The notes beneath the pieces were generated by a model that saw only the letters and a program-made list of their open reading frames with translations, did no database searches and had not been told where the DNA came from. A stretch of DNA of 64,000 nt from Eledone cirrhosa (taxonomy: Eukaryota), in NCBI GenBank assembly GCA_964016885.1, contig OZ024757.1, forward strand, positions 15,004,001 through 15,068,000, in the 5' to 3' direction. This document shows, in pieces, positions 12,943 through 24,700 of this stretch (position 1 is its first letter; every line of letters begins with the position of its first letter). The position numbers were made by a program, and so were the translations under genes.

Positions 12943-15155
12943 TAATGGCCGCACAAGTGTGAAGACAGACAAGTCTGCGGGGAAAAGGTTCGTAGCTTTA
13001 AGCTCTTTTAAAGTGTCTTTTTTTTTGTATTTTCTTGTCATTAACGAAACTTAAGGTACACATCTTGATTTAAAGAGAGGGATACCTCTCAATATTCGGG
13101 CTTTAAGCCCGAATATTCAGATTTATTTTTTTAAATCTTCGAAAAAAATCGCTTCCCCACCAAAAGAAAATTATGGAAATTTTCGACCTTGAAACGGTAA
13201 ACAACGTTCAGGTCAAAAGTTTAAAGGCAGCCACTGCAGATTTCACCACGACTACGATGGCTACAGTCATGCCTGTCATCCACTCTACTGAATGCGAAGG
13301 CAAAACTAAAAAGCTACCATCACAACCTTCTGCCATAGCAGCAGTATCATCTGAAAACGACATCACCACCACGACAACAACTCAGAGCAATAACGACAAA
13401 AACACCGACAGCTTCAATGTAAACAAGGATGGCGGTGGCAACAGCAAGAATGAAAACAACAACAATAAGAGCATCAGAAACACCACATTTGCTGCAGCAG
13501 CAGCAGCAAAAACAAAGCGCTTATTGAATATCGATATTGATATTAGCGATAAAGACGAACAGTTGGCCAAAGCGTGGAGGCTAATTAAACGGGAGAAGTC
13601 CTGGGCAAACCTGACCATCCCGGACGAAACAATAGCGGCCATGCAAAGGAGGATGGTGCTCTTTCGATGTATTTCGGTGCAGACACGAAAAGTGGAACTT
13701 GCGAGCCAAGCAGAGGTAGAGGCTGCTTTAGAGTACATCGGAAGTAACATAGAGTACAAAGCAAGAGGCAAACAGTTCGGTACCATCTCGGTACTGTTCA
13801 AATCCGAGGCCCTCGCTATTAAGCACTCGGTGATCCCCTGCAGAACGGAACGCATTATCATGCATCCGTCCTATATGGGTAAAAGGACAGTGAAGGTACG
13901 CATTCCCAGCATCACACCAGGAATGAACATATGGTGGCTGCTGGGATGCGTAATCGAGGAGGGGACAAACACCACCCTCCTGGACATCAAAAGGACAGAG
14001 AGAGAAGACTGGTCCGGAATGGATTTGGAGATTCTTCTCCAAATGAAACCGGAGGATATAAATAACATCCCAGATTTTGCCTGCCTGCAGGACGGGACAA
14101 CAATCCAACTAATGATTGACGGAAGAAGGCCACGTTGCTTCGTTTGTGGGGAAGCCACGCATCTTCAAGCCTTCTGCCCTCAGCGCAAAAATGCAGGGGG
14201 TCGCAAACCTCCTTTGTTGCCAACGCCAGTGTCAGCACGGAAAGCTGCACCACCACCACCACCACCAAAAACAACATCAACAAAAACACGGACACCAACA
14301 TCAAAAGCAGCCGGATCACCACCAACACCAAAACCAATCCAAGGAGAAAACGAGGAAAGCTCTCCCACTCCCCCTACCCCCCCAACTATATATACATAGA
14401 CAAAAAAAAAATAAACGCACACACAGACACAGAAACACTCACAGACACAGACCCTTTGTCTTCCAGCAGCGAAGATGAAGGAAAACCCCAAAGTGCAAAA
14501 AAAACAGAGAAAACTCACAAAAAAAAAAAGCCCCAACAAAACACAAAAACACACACAACAAAAAATACAGACACCACTAACGCAGACACTTCCCCAATAA
14601 CATCAGCACCATCAGCAACATCGACACCACCTCCACAATCCCCGAAACGCAAACAACCTAAACAAACACAAGTACAAATAAACACACAAATACCTGAAAT
14701 TGCAGACACCACACCTACAACAAACATAGACTTACCCGAAACAACACCACCACCTTCACCAAAACGAAAACAAATAAAACCACACCAACAAAATGTTAAA
14801 AAACTTTGTGCTTGTCAGAAGGGCCAACGATAAACTGATGGCCCTCTTAGCGCGAAGCGAGGACATTCAAACAGAGGGGGAGATTTTTGAAATGAGCACA
14901 TTTTGCGTGCCAGAAGATTTGCTTCTGGTCCGAATGTCACTCAATTCCTTCAAAGAAATTCGAGAGAGCTTTCCTCAAGACGTGGGAAACCCGAATGTGA
15001 AACCCACATCAAGACTTTTAAAGGGGTTCCCAAAAGAAACCCCACCAACCATGGAGGTCGAACCACCCGACCTTCACAAGACCCGGGAGGTAAGTAAACC
15101 TTCCCTCTCTCTCTCTTAGCTTACCAATATGGCCATATTAAGAGTAGGAAGTTTA
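12943..15155 (+). mobile_element. Tx1/L1-type non-LTR retrotransposon: 5' UTR, ORF1 and first codons of ORF2
   Basis: ORF1 13173-14399 (continuing by frameshift to 15119) with zinc knuckle CFVCGEATHLQAFC; ORF2 start MAILRVGSL at 15129 resembles an APE N-terminus. Confidence 0.75.
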
Positions 15156-15309
15156 ATATATGTTTATATATGTGTTTGTGAGTGGTGTGTGTGATTGTAT
15201 GCATGAATGAGTGTTGGTATGTGAGTGGCGTGTGTGTGGTTGTGGTTTGTATGCATGAGTGTTGGTGTGTGAGTGTTTGTGTGTGCGTCGTGTCAATAAG
15301 TTTTTTTTT

Positions 15310-18300
15310 TTTAATGACCATGCTGTAAAATGGAGGGGGTAGAGAGGGCCCTTGAGTCTAGTAAGACATCCTCTCTAGTGCTGGTGGCACAAATAAAAGC
15401 ACCCAGTCCATGCTGTAAAGTGGCGCTGGTGTTAGGAAGGGCATCCAACCAGTGTATCAATGCCAAAACGCTTATCAGCACAGCAACAAATAGGAACAAC
15501 AACAAAATATGAAGACGTCGCATCTCAGAGTTGCAACACTTAATGTTGGCACTCTCAGAGGTAGATCTGCTGAAATAGCAGAGATGCTGGAGAGAAGGCA
15601 GGTGGATGTGTGCTGCGTGCAAGAGGTGAGATGGAGAGGTGCCTCTGCGAGACTAGTCGTAGGCAAGCGTCTTAGCTATAAGCTATTCTGGGTAGGTAAG
15701 GATGATGGGCTAGGGGGAGTAGGCATTTTCCAGGCTGAGAAATGGATCAATAAGACAATAGAGGTAGTTCAAGTTAGTAATCGAATAATTAAGCTTAGAT
15801 TAGTTGTAAGTAGGAGACTACTGACAATCATCTCGGCCTATGCTCCCCAAGCAGGCCTAGGCAAAGATGAGAAAGACTGCTTTTATGAGCAACTTTTGCA
15901 AACAACCACAATGACAGAGGACGGATACATTGTTATGCTAGCAGGAGACTTCAATGGTCATGTTGGACAGCTCCAGGAAGGTTACACTCGGATACATGGT
16001 GGGCACGGTTACGGTTCAAGAAATGAAGGAGTGAGACTTCTTGAATTTTGTGATGCGGGTACATTGACTATTTGCAACACAAACTTCCAGAAACCTGCCA
16101 ATCACCTAATAACCTACAAATCTGGTGAGCACATAAGCCAGATTGACTTCCTGCTAGTTAGGCAGCGGGACAGGCAGATAGTGTCTAATACCAAGGCATA
16201 CCCTGGGGAAGAATGTACCCCACAGCATAGGTTAGTTGTTAGTGATATCTCAGTAAGCAAGAGATGGAATGAGACATATAGGAAGGTGTGGAGAAGAAAG
16301 GTCTGGAAGCTAAAAGACCTTTCACTAAAATACAAATTTAGGAAAGCCCTTCAAGATGTATATGACGAAAAAGAAGACGATTTAGAGACGTATGACATAG
16401 ATAATAACTGGAATTTCTTACGCGACAACTTGCTGCAGGCTACTGACGAAACCTGTGGGTGGAGCAGAGCTCCAACCAGACAAAGAGTGACCTGGTGGTG
16501 GAACAGCACAGTAGATAAGGCTATTAGAGACAAAAGACTAGCATGGAAGGCTTGGAAAAAGGGTGGGAGTAGGGAAGAATATACAGCCACTAAGAGATAA
16601 GCTAGACGTCAGGTGTACTTAGCACGCAGGGAGGCAGAGAGTAGGAGGTTTGCCAATGTTCTGCGATGGGAAGATCAGAGGCGTGCGGTGTTCCACATTG
16701 CAAGGCAGTGTGTCAATGCAAATCAGGATGTTGTTGGAGATAAATGTGTCCGGAATGATGCCGGTGTACTTAGTGTCACGAATGATCAGAAAAAGGAGGC
16801 CTGGAAATGTCGTTATGAGAGACTGATGAATGTGGAGAACGAATGGGAGAGAGAGAAATTACCCTTGGTGGATCCGACAGAGGGACCAGCTATTGAGATT
16901 GACGAATATAGGGTCCAAGAGGCGATTAAGGAAATGAAAAATGGTAAGGCTGCCGGACCATCGGGAATAGTTGCTGAGATGCTGAAGGCATCAGGGGACG
17001 TAGGCACTAAACTGGTTGCACGCATCATCAATCAGGCTATATATGTGGTGTCATACCCAAAGACTGGTGCAGCAGTATTCTCATAAATTGCTACAAAGGT
17101 AAAGGAGATGCTTTCGAAAGGAGCAATTATAGGGGTATAAAACTGATAGATCAGGTTATGAAAGTGGCAGAAAGGATTTTAGCACAACTAATTAGAGAAA
17201 GGGTCAAACTAGATGAGATGCAGTTTGGTTTTGTGCCTGGGAAGAGTACAACAGATGCCCTCTTCTTGGTGAGACAATTGCAAGAGAGGTTCTTAGAGAA
17301 GAATAAGCCACTATACTTAGCCTTTGTTGACCTAGAGAAGGCCTTTGATAGGGTACCCCGATCTGTCATCTGGTGGTCCCTAAGGAAGCTAGGTGTTGAG
17401 GAATGGCTTGTGAGGACAGTGCAAACTTTATACAGAGGTACTCTCAGTAAAGTCAGGGTAGGAATGGAGTTTAGTGAGGAATTCCAGATACAAGTAGGAG
17501 TACATCAGGGTTCGGTCCTCAGCCCGCTCTTGTTCATTATAGTCCTCCAAGCCATAACAGAGGAGTTTAAGACTGGCTGTCCATGGGAACTTCTCTATGC
17601 TGACGATCTGGTTCTTATAGCAGAATCAGTAGAGGAGCTAGAGAATAAATTCTGGCTATGGAAACAGCAGTTGGAAGCAAGAGGACTGAGAGTGTATCTA
17701 GCTAAGACAAAAGTGTTGATGAGTAGAAAAGAGGACAAAACCCTGATTCCGACAGGGAAATGGCCATGTTCGATATGCAGAAAAGGAACTGGCATAAATT
17801 CTATAAAATGCACACAATGCAGATCCTGGGTACACAAGAGATGTAGCGGGATAGCAGGCAAACTAACAGGTAGGGAGAAATATGTATGCAGTAAATGTAC
17901 AGGGAAATTAGACAGTAGAAGTCGCACTGACAGACACATTTTTTAAATGCAAGAGGGCGCTATAGAAGTGGTGGATAGCTTCCGGTACCTAGGAGATCAG
18001 ATTAGCATGGGAGGAGGGTGTTCCGAGGCCATAGTATCTAGAATAAGGATGGGTTGGAAGAAGTTTAGGGAGCTGCTTCCTCTGTTGACGAAGAAGGGTT
18101 TCTCCCTGCGTACGAAAGGCCGGTTGTATGATGCCTGTGTGAGGAGCGCGATGCTGCATGGTAGTGAGACATGGGCAGCAACTGCAGAGGATATGCGACG
18201 GCTGGAGAGAAATGAGGCAAGCATGCTCCGTTGGATGTGCAGTGTAAATGTGTTGAGAGAGAAACCGTGTCTGAGAGGGATAGAATGTAGTGTACGGGAG

Positions 18301-18566
18301 AGGAGACTGAGGTGGTATGGACATGTGATGCGCATGGAGGATGACCGATGGGTGAAGAAGTGCCAAGAATTGCCAGTTGAAGGAAGACGTGGGAGAGGTA
18401 GACCACGAAAAACATGGGCGGAGGTGGTGAGAATAGACCTCAGATCATTGAAGCTCACGGTGGAGATGACGAGGGACCGTGACGAATGGAGAGATGCTGT
18501 GCTGAATAAGACCCGTCCCACCCTTGCAAGCAGGGAAAAGCGGACGTAAAATGATGATGATGATGA
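15310..18566 (+). mobile_element. Near full-length RTE-clade LINE (APE-RT, PHD-like insert), disabled
   Basis: APE 15509-16600; RT FVDLEKAFD, HQGSVLSP, YADD, FRYLG; RGRPRKTW C-terminus; (TGA)n tail at 18552-18566. Confidence 0.95.
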
Positions 18567-18768
18567 TTAGTTAGTATTCAGTTTTGGTTTTAAGTTTTAC
18601 TGGTTGCGCATTTCTAATGCTTTTCAAAAATAATTTTGAGATAGAGCGTCCGTGATGTTTGCTCTGATCAGAGCAAACATCACGGACGCTCTATCTCAAA
18701 ATTATTTTTGAAAAGCATTAGAAATGCGCAACCAGAAAACTTAAAACCAAAACTGAATACTAACCAAT
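18566..18768. repeat. Spacer-less ~200-bp palindrome
   Basis: ~101-bp arms centred on CTCTGA|TCAGAG at 18667/18668; one indel and one mismatch seen. Confidence 0.95.
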
Positions 18769-18850
18769 ACAATTACTAATTCTCACTTATTCCTAATTAA
18801 ACTATTTTTCACTGTGAACAATTTGTCAGCATTTTCTATTCCGTTTACCA

Positions 18851-19020
18851 ATATATATATACACACATACATACACATACATATACACACACACATATAC
18901 ATTAATAACAATAATAATAATAATAATAACAATAATAATAACGACAACAACAATAATAATATACATATACATATACACATACACGCACACATAAACATAT
19001 CTATACACACACACGATAGC
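18851..19020. repeat. Compound microsatellite (CATA/AAT/AAC)
   Basis: Direct inspection. Confidence 0.9.
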
Positions 19021-19022
19021 AA

Positions 19023-21790
19023 CTAACAGCGCTGCGATCGCATGTGGCTTTTTAGCCCAGCCAATGATCTAAAATGTCTTGCACAGAGTCGACAACCAAA
19101 ACATTCACTGGGAATAGTCGGCTGTGGTTGGAGTTTGTGTACTTTTGCATGTCGCTTGAGCCCTCCTGCTGATTTACATTCTCTACCACATGTTTGGCAA
19201 GCATGATGAGTAGCATCTCCAACAGCAGCCTGGTAGTCAACCACTGGTCTTACTTTATGACTGCGAAGATGACTTTCGAGTCCAGCTTTGCTTAGGCAGA
19301 GTCTCGCACACACGCTGCATGTCAGCACCATAGAAGGACCCTCGCCGTCTGGAAGTGCAACAGCAATGCCCTTCCTCACATCCCGCCTTACTTTCTCGTA
19401 TGCGATTCGAGATGCCTCAAAGGCAACTTTTCCCTCATATACAGTCTTTCCCCATTTATTACGATCAGCAGCAATATTTTCCCATGTATCAGCAGAGATG
19501 TTAGCGTCTTTCAAGGAATCCTTATACCTCTTTTTTGGTCTATGTGGCGGTCGTTTTCCTTTAACCAACTCTCCATAAAAGAGTTGTTTTGGTATTCTAG
19601 AATCCTTCATCCTGGCAAGGTGACCACTCCAACGGAGTCGTTGCTTAAGCACAAGAGCTTCTATACTGTCACACATAGAGCTTTCCAAAATCTCGACATC
19701 ACTGATGTGGTCTCTCCAGTGAACGCCATGGATCCGTCTGAGACACATCTGATGGAAACGCTCCAATTGCTTAAGGTGGTGTCGATATGTGACCCAGGTC
19801 TCGCAGGCATAAAGAAGACAAGAGAGCACACATGCCCTGTACACCTTTACCTTTGTCCTCCTGCATATGTCTCGCTGACCCCAGAGTCGCCTTTCTAGCT
19901 TTCCGAAAGCATCACTTGCTTTCCTAATCCTGAGATTTCACTGTCAAGGTTGCCGTATCGATTGACAGTGCTTCCCAGGTAGACAAACTGATCAACCACT
20001 GCAAGTCGTTTGCCATACACATAGATGTTTGGTTCAGTGTACTGCTTACCAGGGGCAGGTTGGTACATGACGACGGTTTTCTTGAGACTGACAGTCAGAC
20101 CTAGGGCAGTGCAAGCGTCAGAAAATGCATTCAAAATGTGCTGCATATCACTCTGTGTGTGCTACAAGATCGCAATCAACTGCATACAAGAGGTCTCTTA
20201 TGATTAATGTAAATACTTTTGTCTTCGCAGCAAAGCGCCTGATGTTAAATATGCTGCCTGAGGTTCGATATCAGATGTAAACACCATGCTCACAATTCCT
20301 GAATGCAATACAAAAAACCATTGCAAAGTATATGGCAAACAGGGTCGGTGCTGGAATATCCATCTGTTTCACTCCATTTTTTACTGAGATAGGCTCCGAC
20401 ATGTTACCTCCGACATTAACCCAAGCCTTCATGTCATCATGGAAAGACCTAACTAAAGAAAGGAACTTAACAGGGCAACCAAGTTTCTAGAGAACCTTCC
20501 ATAATGCATCTCTGTTAACAGTATCGAAAGCTTTTGTCAGATCGACAAAAACCTGATACAGATCCAAGCCTTGTTCCTGGCACTTCTCCTGCAGCTGTCT
20601 AGCTGAGAAGATCATATCAGTAGTGCCGCGTCCAGCACGAAAACCAGATTGACTTTCAGGAAGAACACAATCTGCAATGTGTGTCAGCAGACGGTCCAGA
20701 AGCACCCTACATAAAACTTTCCCTACGACAGAAAGCAATGATATACCTCTGTAGTTCCCACAATCATTCCTGTTACCCTTTCCCTTGTACAAGACCACCA
20801 TTACTGCATCTCTCCAGACCTCAGGTACGGATTCATTAGCCCATATCCTTCCAAACAAAGAGTGAAGATGTTGCAGGAGTCTCACACCACCATATTGTAG
20901 GAGCTCAGCATGTATGCCATCCATACCTGGAGATCTTCCACTGTTCAGCTTCGAAATAGCCACTGCAACCTCCACCAGCGTCGGAGGTTCTGCGAGAGCT
21001 ACTTTCACAGGACTTTCTGGAATGAGATTGAGGAAATCTTCACTGACAACAGACGGCTGATTCAAAAGATCATCAAAGTGCTCTCGCCACCTTCGTAGAT
21101 TTCCTTGTGAGTGACGAAGAAGTTCTTTGCCATCCTTGCTGCGAAGCAGTGTCACCAGAGAAGAAGACGGTCCATAAACCTCACGCAAGAGACTGTACAA
21201 CAGCTTTGTGTTATTGGAATCTGACGCAGTTTGTATCTCACCAGCCTTCTCACTCCACTATTGATCCTTCATCTGAGAAAGACTCCGCCTAACACGTGAT
21301 TTTACATCCTTGAGTTCCTCATGCAACGTATTCCTCTCCTGTGGTTTTGCCGTCAAGTAGCATGACAGAGCACGCCTCATATCAGTCAACAAGTCTTCTA
21401 TATGTTCATCATTCTCATTAAACCAGTCTTGATGTTTTCTCTGCACCAATCCCAGAACACGCCTGCCTACATCATAAACCGACTTTTTAAGGGTCGGCCA
21501 ATCCTCACCAAGATCTGCAGCCTGCATCTCTTCTTCCTATGTCCTCTTCACATTTTTATTCTCAAGACGAGCAGCATTCAATCTTTTGAGCAGGGCAACA
21601 CCAGGAGCCCGGATTTTACGTTTAGTGATTAGTTTCACTTTTGCGCGTACCAGGCGGTGGTCCGTCCAGCACTCAGCTCCACGAAGAGCACGAACACACT
21701 GCACATCCTGTCTGTCATGCATCCTGACTAGGACGTAGTCCAAAAGATGCCATTCCTTAGATGCAGGATGCATCCATGTGGTCTTGAATT
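19023..21790 (-). mobile_element. RTE/BovB-like LINE, 5'-truncated, with three C-terminal C2H2-type zinc fingers
   Basis: WHLLDYVLVR, WTDHRLV (APE); NYRGISLL, LPESQSGFR, FVDLTKAFD, FVYLGS (RT); LRWSGHLARM; three CxxC...H fingers in 19023-19330. Confidence 0.93.
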
Positions 21791-24700
21791 ACTGATTTAT
21801 TTACAAACACATACAAACACACACTCACATAAATTGATCAAAAAAAATTTAAAGCAATTAAACAACGTGTGGGATTTATAACCACAAATACACACTTCAT
21901 TAAAAAATAAACTAATAATTTGCGACAATTCTTTTCTTTAAATCGTAAAATTAAACGACATAATTATTTTCATTTTCGGCTATTAATTTTCATGGGGATA
22001 CTAATACCCTTACATTTCAACTCATACACTTTACAGACTAAACAACAAAAACATTAGCCACATTAACGTACAATTTCGTTTATTCTAAATGTGAGTCTTC
22101 AAACTGATTTATTTATTTGCAAACACATACAAACACACACTCACATGAAATGAATAATTAAACTTTAAATCAATTTAACCACGTGCCGGATTTCTAACCA
22201 CACATACACACTTCATTAACAAATAAAAATTCTAATTTGCGACAATTATTTTCTTTCAATCGTAAAATCAAACGACATAATTATTTTCTTTTTCGGTTGT
22301 TAATCTTCATGGCGATAATACTACCCTTCCATTTCACATCATGTGAGTTAACAAATAATTTTTTAAAACACTATTCGCAGACTTCCTTAAACAACAAGAT
22401 CAATTGCGTAGCCGGTAAAGCTATGTAGCAGGTAAAAGGCTATGTAGTCAGTACGATGTTATATAGCATGAAAAGTTTATATAACCGGTAAATGTTATGT
22501 CGCCGTTAACATGTGTGTGTGTGTGTGTGTATTACCGTCAATACACACGTGTGTGTGTGCGTGTTTCAATGTAGTTTTTGTTAACAATGACGAGAGTACA
22601 ATCGCGCCAGAAACAATTCAATTTCTCATTCTTAACTGCTAGGGACGTTCACAGGTTCATTAAGTACTTTTAGTAAGGAATAAAAAAATTAGGGATTGAA
22701 CCCAAAACCACGACATAAACAGGCACCAACAAATGTTTTCTTTGTCCTGTCAAAAAGTGATTGATCCTATCCCCTTCACCTACGACCTCAGTTAGGTCAG
22801 GCGAAAGTCAAATAGACAGGGGATCACCTCTGTAGGTACAAACCCTGCTGCAGTATGTCTATTTTTCTAGCTGCAACCAGATTATATATACCGTAGTTAA
22901 CAGAGACCATGACACACCAGGCCTGCAAACCAAACGAGATGGAATATTCATTATAATACATCAGTTCCACACATGTACCCTGAACGAGATGGACTATTCA
23001 TTATAATACATCAGTTCCACAAATGTACCCTGGTTATATTTCTGACAACTGCACAAACATTTGCCATTTGCAAAATGTACGTAAACAAATTCCTTTCTTA
23101 AAAATGTCAGTTTATTTTCTTTGTTTCAATTTACGTTTCTATACACTTTAGACAAATATTTTATTAAACAACTAAAACATTTGTCATTTGCCACATGTAC
23201 GTAAACAACTTCCTTTCTTACAAATCTCACTTCATTTTCTTTCTTTTAACTCACGTTTCAATACACTTTACACACTCTGTCGCTATACTTACCTAAACAA
23301 TTTCTTTCAGCTCCAAATATTTGTTTCTTTTCCTTCCACGGTCAAAATTTTTCCACATTTCATTCACATTACAATTTCTATCTTTAAGTAACTTTCACCC
23401 TTTATTTTTCACATAAAATACCACCGAAAAAGAGAAGTCGCCTCGGCCGCCATACGGCAGCAGCAGCCGCGCAAAAGGCGATTACTGCAAACGAGTCCTC
23501 CGACAAAAAGGATTTCAAACTTTCACAGAGCGCCTTACGTTCAGCGGAATCACGAGCTGCTGAAACTTTCCAACAGCGGAACGCACGCCGAGCAAAAAAG
23601 GCTTCATACGATGCTGCTTCCAGGGTTTCAGAGCGTCCGGAAACAAGGTCGAATCGCATGGCTATAAAGGCTGCTGCTTCAGAGGGCCCACAACAAAGGG
23701 CCACTAAACTGGCTACAAACACTGCGGTTACTGCTGCTTCAAGATTTTCGGAACGTTTCAAACTACCGACCACCCACCTTCATAGGAACGAGGCGGCTTT
23801 CACTGCTTCTATGCCTTCTCAAGATGCAGACGGCCGGTCCATTACCATTGCAAACGTCGCTTCTGCTACTGATGCGACACCTTCCCACGACTCAGACCAG
23901 CAACGTTCTACATTCCAGCGGAACAGCCGACGGCGCGAGGCTACCCGCGGTCTGACGAGTCCACACAGCCCTTACTGGCATCTACGGGCTTTCAAGTATG
24001 AGCCCAACTTCAATTACTTGATGCGCGCCGACATAAATATTGGGGAAATGTGCTTCAATTGCCAATTCTGCAATGCTAAAAAGTGGGCTGGGGAACCACC
24101 TGCAATGTGCTGCTTAAACGGTAAGGTCAGCTTGCCCCCTCTTCGGGAGCTTCCAGACCCTTTGAAAGAATTACTTACTGGTTCGACCTCAAGGTCATCA
24201 AAATTCCTTCAACTCATCAGGAAGTACAATTGTGCATTTCAGATGACTTCTTTCGGGGCTAACATTGTCAGAGAAACTGGTTGGATGCCTACTTTCAAGG
24301 TCCAGGGCCAGGTGTACCACCTTATTGGGTCACTCCAGCCACTACAAAATTCCAAACCTTCGTTCCTTCAAATTTACTTCATTTCAAACTACAATACGCA
24401 AATTGATGTGCGTTTCGGCATTATTCCACCACCTGCAAACACTGACGCTGACAATTTTGACAGGGACGTGCTGCTCAGTCTGCAAAACATGCTTCATGAG
24501 CACAACAGCTACATTCGCAGTTTCAAATACGCCTTGGAAACAGCCCCTTCACCAAACTTCACCATTGTCATCGATGCTGACAAAAGAACAAAAGACATTC
24601 TGGGGAGCACGCACGCCGATATAACGCTCCTTCGTGCAATGAAGTGGCCATAGTTCTCCATGGTGAACAGCACAATAAGCGAGACATAGTTCTTCAACGT

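Noticed and set aside
13173-15119. Possible host gene
   Set aside because: Zinc knuckle, low-complexity tails and an adjacent APE start identify it as retrotransposon ORF1
22930-23230. Short tandem duplications upstream of the Helitron ORF as captured gene fragments
   Set aside because: AT-rich internal repeats with no coding signal
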